Shown piece after piece: positions 33,502-44,039 of a stretch of 64,000 bases of DNA. Both the position numbers and the translations under genes were made by a program. The notes below the pieces were generated by a model that ran no database searches, was not told the origin of the DNA, and saw only the letters and a list, made by a program, of their open reading frames with translations. Within the stretch, counting starts at the first letter, position 1; every line of letters begins with the position of its first letter. The DNA is from Negativicutes bacterium (lineage in GTDB: Bacteria; Bacillota; Negativicutes; UBA1444): assembly GCA_963665275.2 (NCBI GenBank), contig CAXXIN010000004.1, positions 97,387 through 161,386 of the forward strand, written 5' to 3'.

Positions 33502-35702
33502 TAGCTGTTGCCCATGGAAGACGCCGCCCGGTGAACTTCGAAGACATCCCGGACCCGCTTCATCTTGGCCATCGTGTTTTCCAGCTGAGAAATATTTTTG
33601 GTATCAATGCACAGGGTGATGGTCGCGTGTTTGTCTTTGAAGGTTTTGGCATTGACCGTGCTTGCATTGATCTTATGTTCAGCAAGAACCATCATAATAT
33701 CCGTCAACATGCCCGGACGATCCATCGCCGTAATTTCAATGGTCACTTTATACAGGTCATCGGTCCCGGTGTCCCATTCAACCTCGATCATCCGTTCATA
33801 TTCGTCAGGCTCGGAGGAAATGTTGGGGCAATCCGCCCGATGCACTGATACTCCCCGCCCACGGGTGACATAGCCGACGATCACATCCCCGGGAACCGGG
33901 TTGCAGCAGCGGGCCAGTCTGACCATCAGTCCGCCCTCGCCTTTCACCAGTATCCCATGGCTGCCTTTGCTTTTGGAGCGTTTGGGTTTCAATTCGGCCA
34001 GCGATTGATTCAAATCGAGCGGCGCAGTAATTTTCTGCTCCTTCTTATACTGCTCGATCAATTTTGCCATGATGGCATGCGTGGTGACACCACCGAACCC
34101 AAGTGAAGCCAGCATGTCTTCTTCATTCGTGAAATTCAGTTTGTGTGCAACATCTTCGAGACGGTCGCCTTTAGACAGTTCCTTCCATTCATAACCGAGA
34201 CGTTTGCTGTCTTTTTCGAGAGTTTCACGGCCTTTGATAATGTTTTCGTCGCGTTTTTCTTTCTTGAACCAATTACGGATTTTGTTGCGTGTTTCCGGCG
34301 AAGCGACGATGTTGAGCCAATCCCGGCTGGGCGTCCCCTGCTTGGACGTGATGACTTCGACGATGTCCCCATTGGACAATTTGGTTTCCAGAGGCACCAT
34401 CCGTCCATTCACGCGGGCTCCGACACAACGGTGCCCCACATCGGTATGCACGCGATAAGCAAAATCCAGAGGCACCGACCCTGCCGGCAAATCGAGAACA
34501 TCCCCCTTGGGTGTAAAGACAAAGACTTCATCCGAAAAAACATCCAATTTGACGGACTCGACGAATTCGCGGGGATCCCGCAAATCCTGATGCCAATCCA
34601 ACAATTGCCGCATCCACGACAGTTTTTGGTCAAATCCCTTATCTGGACCCTTGGTTCCCTCTTTGTATTTCCAGTGGGCGGCGATTCCGATTTCTGCGAC
34701 GTGATGCATCTCGAACGTCCGGATCTGGATCTCCAGCGGTTTTCCCTGAATGCCGATCACCGTTGTATGCAACGACTGATACATGTTCGATTTGGGCATG
34801 GCGATGAAATCCTTGAACCGGTTGGGAATCGGTTTCCACAGCGTATGAACTACGCCGAGAGCCCCATAGCAATCCTTGACCGAATCCACCAAGATTCGTA
34901 CCGCGGACAAATCATAGATTTCGCTGAGTTCCTTATGGTCTTTCTGCATCTTTTTGTAAATGCTGTAAAAATGTTTGGGGCGACCATCGATATCAGCATG
35001 AATCTCCACCTCTCGCAAGGTTTCACGCAACATCTGAATGGACTCCTGAATGATTGCTTCCCGTTCCTGCCGTTTCTGACGAACCTGGTCGACCAGCTCA
35101 TAGTATTTTTCCGGCTCCAGATAACGAAAGGACAGGTCTTCCAGTTCCCACTTGATGTTCGAAATACCTAGCCGATGCGCCAGCGGTGCAAAAATTTCCA
35201 AAGTTTCTCGCGCGATCTTCTTCTGCTTCTCCGGCGCCATTGGTTTTAATGTCCGCATGTTGTGCAGACGGTCAGCCAGTTTGATCAAAACAACACGGAT
35301 ATCTTTTGCCATCGCCAGAAACATCTTGCGATAGTTTTCCATTTGCAGTTCTTCTTTGGACTTATACTCGATCCGGCTTAATTTGGTGACTCCATCGACC
35401 AAAACGGCGATTTCCTTGCCGAAATCTTTCTCAAGCTGTTCCAGGGTAATCGTGGTATCTTCCACCACATCATGCAGCAGCGCGGCTGCAATAGAATCGG
35501 CGTCAATCTGAAGATCGGCGAGAATCCGGGCCACGCCCAGAGGATGGTGGATGTAGTCTTCGCCGGAGACCCGATGCTGTCCGTCATGTGCGCGCGCAGC
35601 CATAGCAAAAGCCTTTTCCAGCAGCGGAACCACCGCGTCCGACTGGTAAGACCGGACTTTCTCAATAATATCAGAAATGTCAGGAACCTTGACACCGGTC
35701 AT
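33501..35702 (-). CDS. relA: Bifunctional (p)ppGpp synthetase/hydrolase Rel
   Basis: LLHDVVED (HD), [30 protein letters not shown] and ACT domains. Confidence 0.98.
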   Translation of the reverse strand: MTGVKVPDISDIIEKVRSYQSDAVVPLLEKAFAMAARAHDGQHRVSGEDYIHHPLGVARILADLQIDADSIAAALLHDVVEDTTITLEQLEKDFGKEIAVLVDGVTKLSRIEYKSKEELQMENYRKMFLAMAKDIRVVLIKLADRLHNMRTLKPMAPEKQKKIARETLEIFAPLAHRLGISNIKWELEDLSFRYLEPEKYYELVDQVRQKRQEREAIIQESIQMLRETLREVEIHADIDGRPKHFYSIYKKMQKDHKELSEIYDLSAVRILVDSVKDCYGALGVVHTLWKPIPNRFKDFIAMPKSNMYQSLHTTVIGIQGKPLEIQIRTFEMHHVAEIGIAAHWKYKEGTKGPDKGFDQKLSWMRQLLDWHQDLRDPREFVESVKLDVFSDEVFVFTPKGDVLDLPAGSVPLDFAYRVHTDVGHRCVGARVNGRMVPLETKLSNGDIVEVITSKQGTPSRDWLNIVASPETRNKIRNWFKKEKRDENIIKGRETLEKDSKRLGYEWKELSKGDRLEDVAHKLNFTNEEDMLASLGFGGVTTHAIMAKLIEQYKKEQKITAPLDLNQSLAELKPKRSKSKGSHGILVKGEGGLMVRLARCCNPVPGDVIVGYVTRGRGVSVHRADCPNISSEPDEYERMIEVEWDTGTDDLYKVTIEITAMDRPGMLTDIMMVLAEHKINASTVNAKTFKDKHATITLCIDTKNISQLENTMAKMKRVRDVFEVHRAASSMGNS

Positions 35703-35731
35703 TCAAACACCCCATCATGAAAATCCGTGGA

Positions 35732-37474
35732 TCACAAAACGCCCATGGCCCGAAACTGCATTGCCCTCTGGTAATCATTATATTCCCAGGAGCCAAAAAA
35801 AGTCCTGGTTTGCTCAAACTCACACAAACTGGAGTTTTCCCACATGATAAACGGAAACTCCAGCTGTCCCACACACAAGGTTCCCGCTTTGGGGTTCCCT
35901 GCACGCGCAATGATCCGGCCCCGAATGACCTTGCCGGTGACTTCCCAAACAAACGGCGGAAATTTTTCGCCGTGCGGCTCAAGCGCTGCCAGGTTTTCAA
36001 AAAAGTTTCTGTTCAGATCATTTTCTGCCAGGCATCCATCCACAGATCGGACTTTTTCCCAAGTGTCCGGTGGCAGTGCTGCCAGCTCCGCATCAATCGC
36101 CTGAAAAAAAGCAGCCATGCGTTCACGCTCTATGCTAAGGCCGGCAGCCATCGCATGCCCGCCCCATTGCACCAGATGGTGCTGATGCCGCTCAATCAGG
36201 CGGAACAAATCCACGCTCTGAATGCTGCGGGCCGAGCCCCGAAAGATTCCCGTCTGCGGCGTGTCTTCCGTTGTCGCCATCACAAAAGCCGGTTGATAGA
36301 ATTTTTCGGCCAATTTGGAAGCCACGATGCCGACGACACCCTCATGGAAATCCCCCTGCACCACTGACAACTTCCCATAGCGCTCCGGCTGAGGGTCCGT
36401 CTCGAGTTGCAGCAGACCAGCCTGGATCGAATCTTCCTGTTCTTTACGACGGTCGGTGTTGAACTGTTCCAGTTTCCCGGCAATCTCGGCGCACCGCGGC
36501 GCTTCCTGCGACAGCAGCCATTCGACTACCGGCTCCGCACCGCCGTCCCTGTTCATTCTACCAGCAGCATTGATGCGGGGGCCGATCAGAAAGCCCAACG
36601 TATAGGTGCTCACTGTCCGCCATTTACAAGCATCCCGCATGACCCGAAACGCCGTGCGGGAACCCTTTTCAATTTCCTTCATCCCTTCCCGCACAATGAA
36701 GCGGTTTTCCGGGACGTTCAGCGGCATGATATCGCAAACGGCGCCGAGGGCCACGAGGTCCAAAGCGTCTTTCATCAGATAGTCCGGGCTCTTTTTCCCA
36801 TTGACTTCCCACAGTCCGCGCATGAACTGCCACGCCACGGAGCAGCCCGAAATAGGCGGCAAGCAGCTGGTATCCGAGAGTCCAGGGTGAACCACGGCGA
36901 CCGCCGCATCAGGAAAACTGCCCTTCAGTCCATGATGATCCGTGATGATTACGTCGATTCCTGCTGCCTTGAGCTGAGCGATTTCCGCGCCGCTGGAAAT
37001 GCCGCAGTCGACCGTTATAACCAAACCCGGTTCCATTGACAGCAATCTCCCGAGATTACGGGCATTCAGCCCATAGCCTTCCGTGAATCGATCCGACAGC
37101 ATGACCGCTGAGGAAAAGCCATAGTGCGGTGCCAATCGATGGAAAACATTCTGAATCAAAGCCGTCCCGCTCGTGCCGTCCACGTCGTAGTCACCGAAAA
37201 TCACTATTTTTTCCCGGTTTTCAAATGCTTGACGAAGACGAGCGACAGCCTTGGTCATTTCTTCGCCAAAGTCACTTGGCTTAGCCAGCTTGGCCGGATC
37301 GATCCGAAAAAAGCCCTCCAGGGCCTGGCGGCTTCTCAGTCCTCGCGCCCACAAACCTGCTGAAAACAAAGGCGAAAAGCCAATCTCCGCAAGCCATTCA
37401 TTCATTTCCGGATCAGCTACTGACTCTCTATGCGTCCATTTCATAAAATATATATATTCGCTGTCAATTCTCAA
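35732..37474 (-). CDS. recJ: ssDNA exonuclease RecJ (DHH/DHHA1)
   Basis: GDYDVDG, TVDCG, TDHH, GPRINAAGR, GSARS, GGHAMAAG. Confidence 0.92.
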   Translation of the reverse strand: MRIDSEYIYFMKWTHRESVADPEMNEWLAEIGFSPLFSAGLWARGLRSRQALEGFFRIDPAKLAKPSDFGEEMTKAVARLRQAFENREKIVIFGDYDVDGTSGTALIQNVFHRLAPHYGFSSAVMLSDRFTEGYGLNARNLGRLLSMEPGLVITVDCGISSGAEIAQLKAAGIDVIITDHHGLKGSFPDAAVAVVHPGLSDTSCLPPISGCSVAWQFMRGLWEVNGKKSPDYLMKDALDLVALGAVCDIMPLNVPENRFIVREGMKEIEKGSRTAFRVMRDACKWRTVSTYTLGFLIGPRINAAGRMNRDGGAEPVVEWLLSQEAPRCAEIAGKLEQFNTDRRKEQEDSIQAGLLQLETDPQPERYGKLSVVQGDFHEGVVGIVASKLAEKFYQPAFVMATTEDTPQTGIFRGSARSIQSVDLFRLIERHQHHLVQWGGHAMAAGLSIERERMAAFFQAIDAELAALPPDTWEKVRSVDGCLAENDLNRNFFENLAALEPHGEKFPPFVWEVTGKVIRGRIIARAGNPKAGTLCVGQLEFPFIMWENSSLCEFEQTRTFFGSWEYNDYQRAMQFRAMGVL

Positions 37475-37527
37475 TAATCCTTTTCTTTCTCAACTACCAG
37501 CCTATCCATATCGCAAGAAGAATACAG

Positions 37528-37554
37528 AAAAACTCCGGCAGAATCTGCCGGAGT
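37528..37554 (-). terminator. Intrinsic terminator after ftsZ
   Basis: ACTCCGGCAG-AAT-CTGCCGGAGT followed by a T run on the minus strand. Confidence 0.75.
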
Positions 37555-37571
37555 CGACACGTCGCGAACAA

Positions 37572-38645
37572 TTATTTGCGTTTCATCCAATCCGGAATCT
37601 CAAGAGTTGCGCCTTTGAATTTGGGAATCGGTGCAATCTCCGGCTGCGCGGCGACGGCACGAGCGCCCGGTTTGGCCCGTTTGGGTTCAAACCCGGTCGC
37701 GATGATGGTGACCCGCATTTCATCCGTCATATTGTCATCAATCACGGCGCCAAAAATGATATTGGCTTCCGGATCCGCCATATTGGCCACCATGGTAGCG
37801 GCTTCATTAATTTCCAGCAGGCCCATATCCGGCCCGCCGCAAAAACTCAGCAAAATGCCTTTGGCGCCCTCAATCGAAGTGTCCAACAAAGGACTTTTTA
37901 CCGCCTGCTCCGTGGCAATCATGGTGCGATTTTCGCCCCGGCCGACTCCGACGCCCATCAGGGCTGACCCGGCGTCTTCCATGATAGTCTTAACATCGGC
38001 AAAGTCAAGGTTGATCAGGCCAGGAATAACGATGAGATCGGACAACCCCTGCACACCTTGACGCAGCACATCATCGGCGATACGGAACGCATCCATAATG
38101 GACGCGCTTTTTTGCACGATTTGCAGCAATCGGTCATTGGAAATCGTGATCAGAGCATCGACCTGGTCCTTCATGCGACCACAGCCCCACTCCGACTGAT
38201 TTTGACGGCGGCGCGCCTCAAACATGAACGGCCGCGTAACCACGCCGACAGTCAACGCGCCAAGTTCCTTGGCGCACTCGGCCACTACAGGAGCCGCGCC
38301 GGTCCCGGTGCCGCCGCCCATGCCGGCGGTGATGAACACCATGTCCGCGCCACGTAGAGCCTTCATAATATCGTCGCGACTTTCTTCGGCGGCCTTTTGG
38401 CCCACTTCAGGATTGGCGCCCGCCCCCAGGCCTTTGGTCAATTTCTCGCCGATCTGTATCCGGTAAGGCGCCAATGATGACAACAAAGCCTGCGCATCCG
38501 TATTGATCGCGATAAATTCTACTCCCTTCACATTGGAAGAAATCATGCGATTGACAGCATTGTTGCCGGCGCCACCCACACCGACGACTTTAATGGCGGC
38601 AAATTGTTCGGTATCAATTTCGAGCTCCAGTCCCGACATATACAT
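37572..38645 (-). CDS. ftsZ: Cell division protein FtsZ
   Basis: [26 protein letters not shown]-terminal LEIPDWM. Confidence 0.99.
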   Translation of the reverse strand: MYMSGLELEIDTEQFAAIKVVGVGGAGNNAVNRMISSNVKGVEFIAINTDAQALLSSLAPYRIQIGEKLTKGLGAGANPEVGQKAAEESRDDIMKALRGADMVFITAGMGGGTGTGAAPVVAECAKELGALTVGVVTRPFMFEARRRQNQSEWGCGRMKDQVDALITISNDRLLQIVQKSASIMDAFRIADDVLRQGVQGLSDLIVIPGLINLDFADVKTIMEDAGSALMGVGVGRGENRTMIATEQAVKSPLLDTSIEGAKGILLSFCGGPDMGLLEINEAATMVANMADPEANIIFGAVIDDNMTDEMRVTIIATGFEPKRAKPGARAVAAQPEIAPIPKFKGATLEIPDWMKRK

Positions 38646-38752
38646 AGCTCCTCCTGTTACGTTGGCTTTTTGTTGACTTATTAAAGTGTATTATTCAACG
38701 TCCACGCGAATAATCCTCCCCGCATGAACTATTGAATTCATAGATTTTGTGA

Positions 38753-39082
38753 TCATTTTTTCAAGAAATAGCGGCGGATAATGGCCAAGTTCTGAAAAAT
38801 ACGCAGTCCAAAAGCCAGGGAAGCAACATAGTATAAATCAATTCCCAGTCGTTCGCCGATGAAAACCAACAGGACCGCCAGCAGTGCATTCACAAAAAAA
38901 CCACTGATAAATATGGGGTTGTCGAACTTTTCTTCCAAGGCAGCCCGCAACCCGCCGAATACAGAATCAAGCGAGGCCAGCAAGGCCACCGCCAAAAACT
39001 TCCCATACTCAACAGGCATGCTGACAGGGAAGAACAACCCAATCAAGATTCCCACCAAAACAGCCAAAATCGGTAGCATCAT
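38753..39082 (-). CDS. Small basic protein Sbp (DUF1290)
   Basis: ASLDSVFGGLRA, FGLRIFQNLAIIRR. Confidence 0.9.
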   Translation of the reverse strand: MMLPILAVLVGILIGLFFPVSMPVEYGKFLAVALLASLDSVFGGLRAALEEKFDNPIFISGFFVNALLAVLLVFIGERLGIDLYYVASLAFGLRIFQNLAIIRRYFLKK

Positions 39083-39774
39083 TTCGGTGTATCCTCCTGT
39101 AAGGGCTTTGCAAAAAGGAACTTATGCGTTCCTTTATATGCGGCGATCTTAACATTTTGCTGAGTTTTCACCGTGGCCTGAATTCCCCAAAACTGCAGAG
39201 TTTCGATGACGCCGCCCCTCATTTTCAGGGAAGCCTCCAATGTCTTTGGATCGCCGATTGCCCGGATTTCATACGGCGGTGAGTATCGGGTATCGTTAAC
39301 CATGATCGTTGGACCAACGCAGCGAATTTCCGAACCTACCACCAACCGTTGCTCATTTATCGACAAGGCCTCAGCACCTGCGGCCCAAAGCTCGTTAATC
39401 ACTTTCAACATATCATCATCATGAATTAAATATAAGTTCGGATTTTCACCGGGTTTCATGGCGCGCTTACTATCATCGATCGTTACTACGAGTCCAGGTC
39501 CTTCGACAGCCACATAGCCGGCCGCCATCCGGTACATATCCACCTCACGGACGACAGACTCGGCGCGTGTGGAGTTTTCGAATTCCTGTAATTGTCTCAG
39601 CGCTGAATCACGCTCTTTTTCAGCCAGTTTGAGCCGTTGCGACAAGTCTTCCGCACGTTGAAAGGGTATCGTCGAGCGAATATCCTGAGTCGTCCGGAAT
39701 TGAACGGCCAGCATAATTCCCAGAACGATACAGACAAATGCCAGAGCGACTCGTCCCTGCTTGAGGGCCCTCAA
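39079..39774 (-). CDS. DUF881 family protein (YlxW/YlxX-like)
   Basis: GPGLVVTIDD, HDDD...VINELWAAGAEA, PYEIRAIGD. Confidence 0.92.
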   Translation of the reverse strand: MRALKQGRVALAFVCIVLGIMLAVQFRTTQDIRSTIPFQRAEDLSQRLKLAEKERDSALRQLQEFENSTRAESVVREVDMYRMAAGYVAVEGPGLVVTIDDSKRAMKPGENPNLYLIHDDDMLKVINELWAAGAEALSINEQRLVVGSEIRCVGPTIMVNDTRYSPPYEIRAIGDPKTLEASLKMRGGVIETLQFWGIQATVKTQQNVKIAAYKGTHKFLFAKPLQEDTPK

Positions 39775-39801
39775 ATTAACTCCTCCTTTTTAATTGTCCG
39801 C

Positions 39802-40545
39802 CTAAAGCCGAAAACGCAACACCGGTTTTTCATGCCTCAAATCAACGGAATCAACCGGTACCGCCTTGGTGCTGATCTCTTGCAGAATATCCTGGGTCAG
39901 TCGCGCTTTTTCCGAGATACGCTCCAAAGCGCCCAACCGGATCTTGATATTGTTTAAGGTAATCACCGTGACTCCATCTTGGGGGGTCAGATGGACCTCT
40001 GAAATCTGGTCGCGGGTCTCCCTGCCGAGTGCAACCAGATACTCCAGCGCCTGATGCACGCCGGGGTCCGAAAGCTGGTCCCCCGGATAGACACGTCCCG
40101 CTTTGAATCCGGTTATTAGCGGCGCCTCCATACTTTTGATATTTCGTGAAATCGAAATCACAGTGCCTTTCGAATCAATGTCGAGGAAACCATGCTGACT
40201 GGCGACGTAGGCCAAAGATCGGCGTTCCTTGATGTGAATGGTCAACGCGACCGGCCAGTCGTATACTGTCGATACTTCTTCCACCCGCAGGTCTTCGCGC
40301 AAAATATCAAAAAAATCCTTGGCATCCCAAAACCATACCGGTCCCTGGCTGGAAAGCCCTCCCGACATTTGCAGGATCTCTGCCGTATCGATTTTTTGGT
40401 TTCCAACCACAGTGACGGTCTGCAGAAACAAATACACCGGGCGTGAATAGCACTGCCAGGCGATGAGCAAAATACAAGCAAGCAGAAACAGCGTCCGTTC
40501 AAATAACCAACGGGGCTTTTTCCGTTTTCGGCCTGTGCATTCCAT
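39802..40545 (-). CDS. ftsQ: Cell division protein FtsQ/DivIB
   Basis: TM helix, POTRA (V.GN, WP..L.IHIKER), C-terminal VDLR; position in the dcw cluster. Confidence 0.85.
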   Translation of the reverse strand: MECTGRKRKKPRWLFERTLFLLACILLIAWQCYSRPVYLFLQTVTVVGNQKIDTAEILQMSGGLSSQGPVWFWDAKDFFDILREDLRVEEVSTVYDWPVALTIHIKERRSLAYVASQHGFLDIDSKGTVISISRNIKSMEAPLITGFKAGRVYPGDQLSDPGVHQALEYLVALGRETRDQISEVHLTPQDGVTVITLNNIKIRLGALERISEKARLTQDILQEISTKAVPVDSVDLRHEKPVLRFRL

Positions 40546-40549
40546 GCAG

Positions 40550-42880
40550 TCAGCGCTCCAACGTCATCAACAATATGCGTTCGCACAGCTCCGGAAAGGA
40601 GATGCCCGCCGCAGCAGCTGCTTTGGGAACCAGGCTCGTTTCAGTCATACCAGGAATCGTATTGACTTCCAGCACATACGGATGATCGGAGGGGTCCAGT
40701 CTGACATCGACCCTTGCCACACCTGAACACCCAAGGGTTTGAAAGGCTTTGAGGGCCACTTCTTTGGTCAGGCGGGCAGTCTCAGCAGAAATGCGGGCCG
40801 GAACGAAATATTCCGTGGCGCCCTTGGTATATTTCGCATGGTAATCGTATACGCCGGAATAGGGAACGATTTCAATGACCGGCAGAGCTTCCGGGTTTTT
40901 GCCCCCGAGAATACCAACGGTCAATTCACTGCCATCAATGAATTCTTCCACCAACACTTCCGAATCATAGGTAAAGGCTTTTTCCAGGGCGGCAGGCAAC
41001 TCCTCCACCACTTGGACGATCGTCAGTCCGATTGTTGAACCCTGCGTGGATGGCTTGATGACGAAGGGTGGCTCGAATTCGTCCAGAATCACCTGCTGTA
41101 CTCCCGTCCCCATTCCCAAGTCCCGTTTCAACAATTGGTATCTGGGCGTTGGGATGTCCGCCGACGCAAACAGTTTTTTCGAAATCCCCTTGTCCATAGC
41201 GACAGCGCTGGCCAACACTCCCGATCCGGTATACGGGATGCCCAGCAATTCGAGCGCGCCCTGCAATCGACCGTCTTCGCCGAACAGTCCGTGGATGGCG
41301 TTAAACACTACTTCAATGCCGTTTTCGCGAAGCTGTTCGACGAAATGGGTTGGATCGAGGTCAATACCGACCACGTCGTAATTTTTCTCCCGCAGCGCAT
41401 TCACAATCGCGGCGCCGGTATTGAGGGATACTTCGCGCTCAGCCGACGGCCCGCCCATCACCACGCCAATTTTTTTATGTTGCATGTTGATCGCCTCCAG
41501 TGAATTTTTCGTCAATCGCTCGATGATTCGCTCACCAGTCTGAAAAATGTTTCCTGCCCCCATCGTAATCAGCAGGTCTCCCGGATGCAGCAGCGGGAAA
41601 ATACAATCCTCCAGCGCATTAAAGTCCGGACAATAATATACGACCTGCCCCGTTTGCCGCTGTACTTCGTGCAGTATGGTCTCCCCCGATATGCCGGGGA
41701 TCGGCTCCTCACCGGCAGAGTAGATATCGGTCAGCACCACGACATCGGCGGGAACAAAGGCCGCGCCAAAGTCTTGAGCCAAGAGTTGGGTCCGTGAAAA
41801 ACGATGCGGCTGAAACACGCAGACTACCCGGCCGGTAGTGGCGGACTTGGCGCCATGCAGCGTAGTCAGCACTTCGGTCGGATGATGTCCATAGTCGTCA
41901 ACAACCCAAACGCCGCGGGCTTTGCCTTTGGTCTGGAATCGGCGCTTGGCTCCGCCAAACCCCGGCATGATCGCAGCGATCTGGTCGAAGGAAACGCCCA
42001 GATGCAGCCCTACTGCGACGCAGGCCAGACTGTTCATCACGTTGTGCCGTCCGGGCACGCCGATCGACATCTTTCCCAGCAGTTCACCCCGCCGCCAGAC
42101 CTCAAAAGCAGTCTCGGTTCCGCTGGTGACAAGGTTCCGCGCGTTATAGTCCGCCTCATTGTTTATCGCATACGTGATAAACGGCGTCTTGACGTCGGGC
42201 GCCACCAGGCTCACGGCTGCGCTGTCCACACAAAGAACCGCGAATCCCCCGGGCTTAACCTGGTTGAGAAACTGCACAAAAGCCTTGCGGATTTCATTTT
42301 CATTGCCGTAATGGTCGAGGTGGTCGTTTTCAATATTGGTAACCACCGCAATCAGCGGCGTAAACTTCAGGAACGAACCGTCGCTCTCATCGGCCTCTGC
42401 AACCAGGCAACGGCTGCTGCCGACCTTGGCGTTGCCGCCGATTGCCTCCAGATCGCCGCCGATGAGAACATTGGGATCCAGCCCTGCTTTTTCGAGCAGA
42501 TAGGCAATCATCGAGGTTGTGGTCGTTTTGCCGTGCGACCCGGCTACCGCAATTCCATCGCACTGATTCAGGAGACCGGCCAACACATCGGCCCGGTGAA
42601 AAACAGACAAGCCCAGACGACGCGCTTCCACCAGCTCCGGATTATCGGGCCGGATCGCGCTGGAGAGAACAATCGCTCCGACATCCTCCGTAAGATTCGC
42701 CGCCGCATGTCCCATATAGATGACTGCGCCGCTATTGGAAAGGCGAGCGGTCGCCTCTGAGGCATGCAGATCAGAACCAGAGACACGATAGCCCTTTTTT
42801 AGCAGCATGTATGCAATGGCGCTCATTCCAGCGCCGCCAACCCCAATAAAATGAAATGACTGAAATTCGTCAAGCAACAA
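40550..42880 (-). CDS. murC: MurC (UDP-MurNAc--L-Ala ligase) in frame with Ddl (D-Ala--D-Ala ligase)
   Basis: HFIGVGGAGMS, GSHGKTTT, EADESD, DDYGHHPTE, then with no stop codon MGGPSAEREVS, HG..GEDG, EVNTIPG. Probable TTG start after GAGGAGG. Confidence 0.92.
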   Translation of the reverse strand: MLLDEFQSFHFIGVGGAGMSAIAYMLLKKGYRVSGSDLHASEATARLSNSGAVIYMGHAAANLTEDVGAIVLSSAIRPDNPELVEARRLGLSVFHRADVLAGLLNQCDGIAVAGSHGKTTTTSMIAYLLEKAGLDPNVLIGGDLEAIGGNAKVGSSRCLVAEADESDGSFLKFTPLIAVVTNIENDHLDHYGNENEIRKAFVQFLNQVKPGGFAVLCVDSAAVSLVAPDVKTPFITYAINNEADYNARNLVTSGTETAFEVWRRGELLGKMSIGVPGRHNVMNSLACVAVGLHLGVSFDQIAAIMPGFGGAKRRFQTKGKARGVWVVDDYGHHPTEVLTTLHGAKSATTGRVVCVFQPHRFSRTQLLAQDFGAAFVPADVVVLTDIYSAGEEPIPGISGETILHEVQRQTGQVVYYCPDFNALEDCIFPLLHPGDLLITMGAGNIFQTGERIIERLTKNSLEAINMQHKKIGVVMGGPSAEREVSLNTGAAIVNALREKNYDVVGIDLDPTHFVEQLRENGIEVVFNAIHGLFGEDGRLQGALELLGIPYTGSGVLASAVAMDKGISKKLFASADIPTPRYQLLKRDLGMGTGVQQVILDEFEPPFVIKPSTQGSTIGLTIVQVVEELPAALEKAFTYDSEVLVEEFIDGSELTVGILGGKNPEALPVIEIVPYSGVYDYHAKYTKGATEYFVPARISAETARLTKEVALKAFQTLGCSGVARVDVRLDPSDHPYVLEVNTIPGMTETSLVPKAAAAAGISFPELCERILLMTLER
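41483..41498 (-). promoter_or_regulatory. Internal Shine-Dalgarno and ATG at the start of the Ddl domain
   Basis: Minus strand GGAGG-CGATCAAC-ATG CAA CAT AAA. Confidence 0.7.
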
Positions 42881-42911
42881 CAGTTTTTCCTCCTCAAAAG
42901 GCAGTATTTGA

Positions 42912-44039
42912 TCAGGATCGCTTCCTACAGGCCAGCTCCAATGCAATATCCGCGATATCCCTGGCTGCATTCGGATGCCCCATTGCCGTTGAAGCAGCTG
43001 CCATGGAACGCAGTGTCTCCGGCGCAGCAAGCAGCTCCTGCACCTTGGCGCACAGGCCTTCACCGGTAAGCTCCGCGTCTCTGATCATGACGGCGGCGCC
43101 GTTACTCTCGAGAGCGCGTGCATTGATTTCCTGGTGGTTCTCCGAGGCATGGGGGTACGGTATGAGAATGGCCGGAATACCCCGTAGGGTCAATTCAGCC
43201 AACCCAATCGCTCCGGCCCGCGAAATCACCAGATTCGCTGCAGCCAATGCTTTGGGCATCTCATGCAGATAAGGCACGACGATACGTCCGGAACCGCTCT
43301 CATTCACAGAAAGCCCTTCCGAATGCAAAGTGTGTATTATATCATTATAATCTGTCTGACCGGTAATATGAAGTATTTGTAGATCTTTCTCGCCGAAAAA
43401 ATAACGATGCAGGGTCAATGCAGCCTGATTAATGCTGCGAGCGCCCTGGCTCCCACCGGTAATAAGCAGGGTTCGAATCTCAGGAGCGAACCCGAAATGT
43501 CTGCATGCCGTTTCCCGGTCCTCGGTGAGTAAATCCTCCCGCACAGGATTCCCGGTGACAACGAGGCGCGCCTTGCGCCCGGCAAACTTCGGAGCCGCCT
43601 CCGCATAGCCCAGGGCGGCGACATCGACGACGCGGCTGAGAATCAGATTGGTAACGCCGGGAAAAGCGTTCTGTTCCTGAATCAGTGCGGGGATTCCAGA
43701 GCGGGCTGCCGCCCATACCACCGGTCCGCAGACATAGCCGCCTGTGCCGATGACCACATCAGGTCGCGCCTCCCGCAAAATCTTTTTGACATCCCACAGG
43801 CTTTTCAACGTCCAATAGACATTTTTGATATTGCGCAGCGAAATACGGCGTTGGAAGCCATACAACTGAATGGTTTGCAACCGGTAGCCGGCTCGTGGAA
43901 CGAGATCCGCTTCCATTCCGTGCGCTGTTCCCACGAACAGAAACTCGGCCGCAGCGTCTTTGTCTTTAATCGCCGCCGCAATCGAAAGAGCCGGATAAAT
44001 ATGCCCTCCGGTGCCGCCGCCCGCGATCAGGACTCTCAT
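42912..44039 (-). CDS. murG: MurG glycosyltransferase
   Basis: GGGTGGHIYP, EQNAFPG, GNPVR, GGSQGA, HQEINA; ATGA overlap with murD. Confidence 0.97.
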   Translation of the reverse strand: MRVLIAGGGTGGHIYPALSIAAAIKDKDAAAEFLFVGTAHGMEADLVPRAGYRLQTIQLYGFQRRISLRNIKNVYWTLKSLWDVKKILREARPDVVIGTGGYVCGPVVWAAARSGIPALIQEQNAFPGVTNLILSRVVDVAALGYAEAAPKFAGRKARLVVTGNPVREDLLTEDRETACRHFGFAPEIRTLLITGGSQGARSINQAALTLHRYFFGEKDLQILHITGQTDYNDIIHTLHSEGLSVNESGSGRIVVPYLHEMPKALAAANLVISRAGAIGLAELTLRGIPAILIPYPHASENHQEINARALESNGAAVMIRDAELTGEGLCAKVQELLAAPETLRSMAAASTAMGHPNAARDIADIALELACRKRS

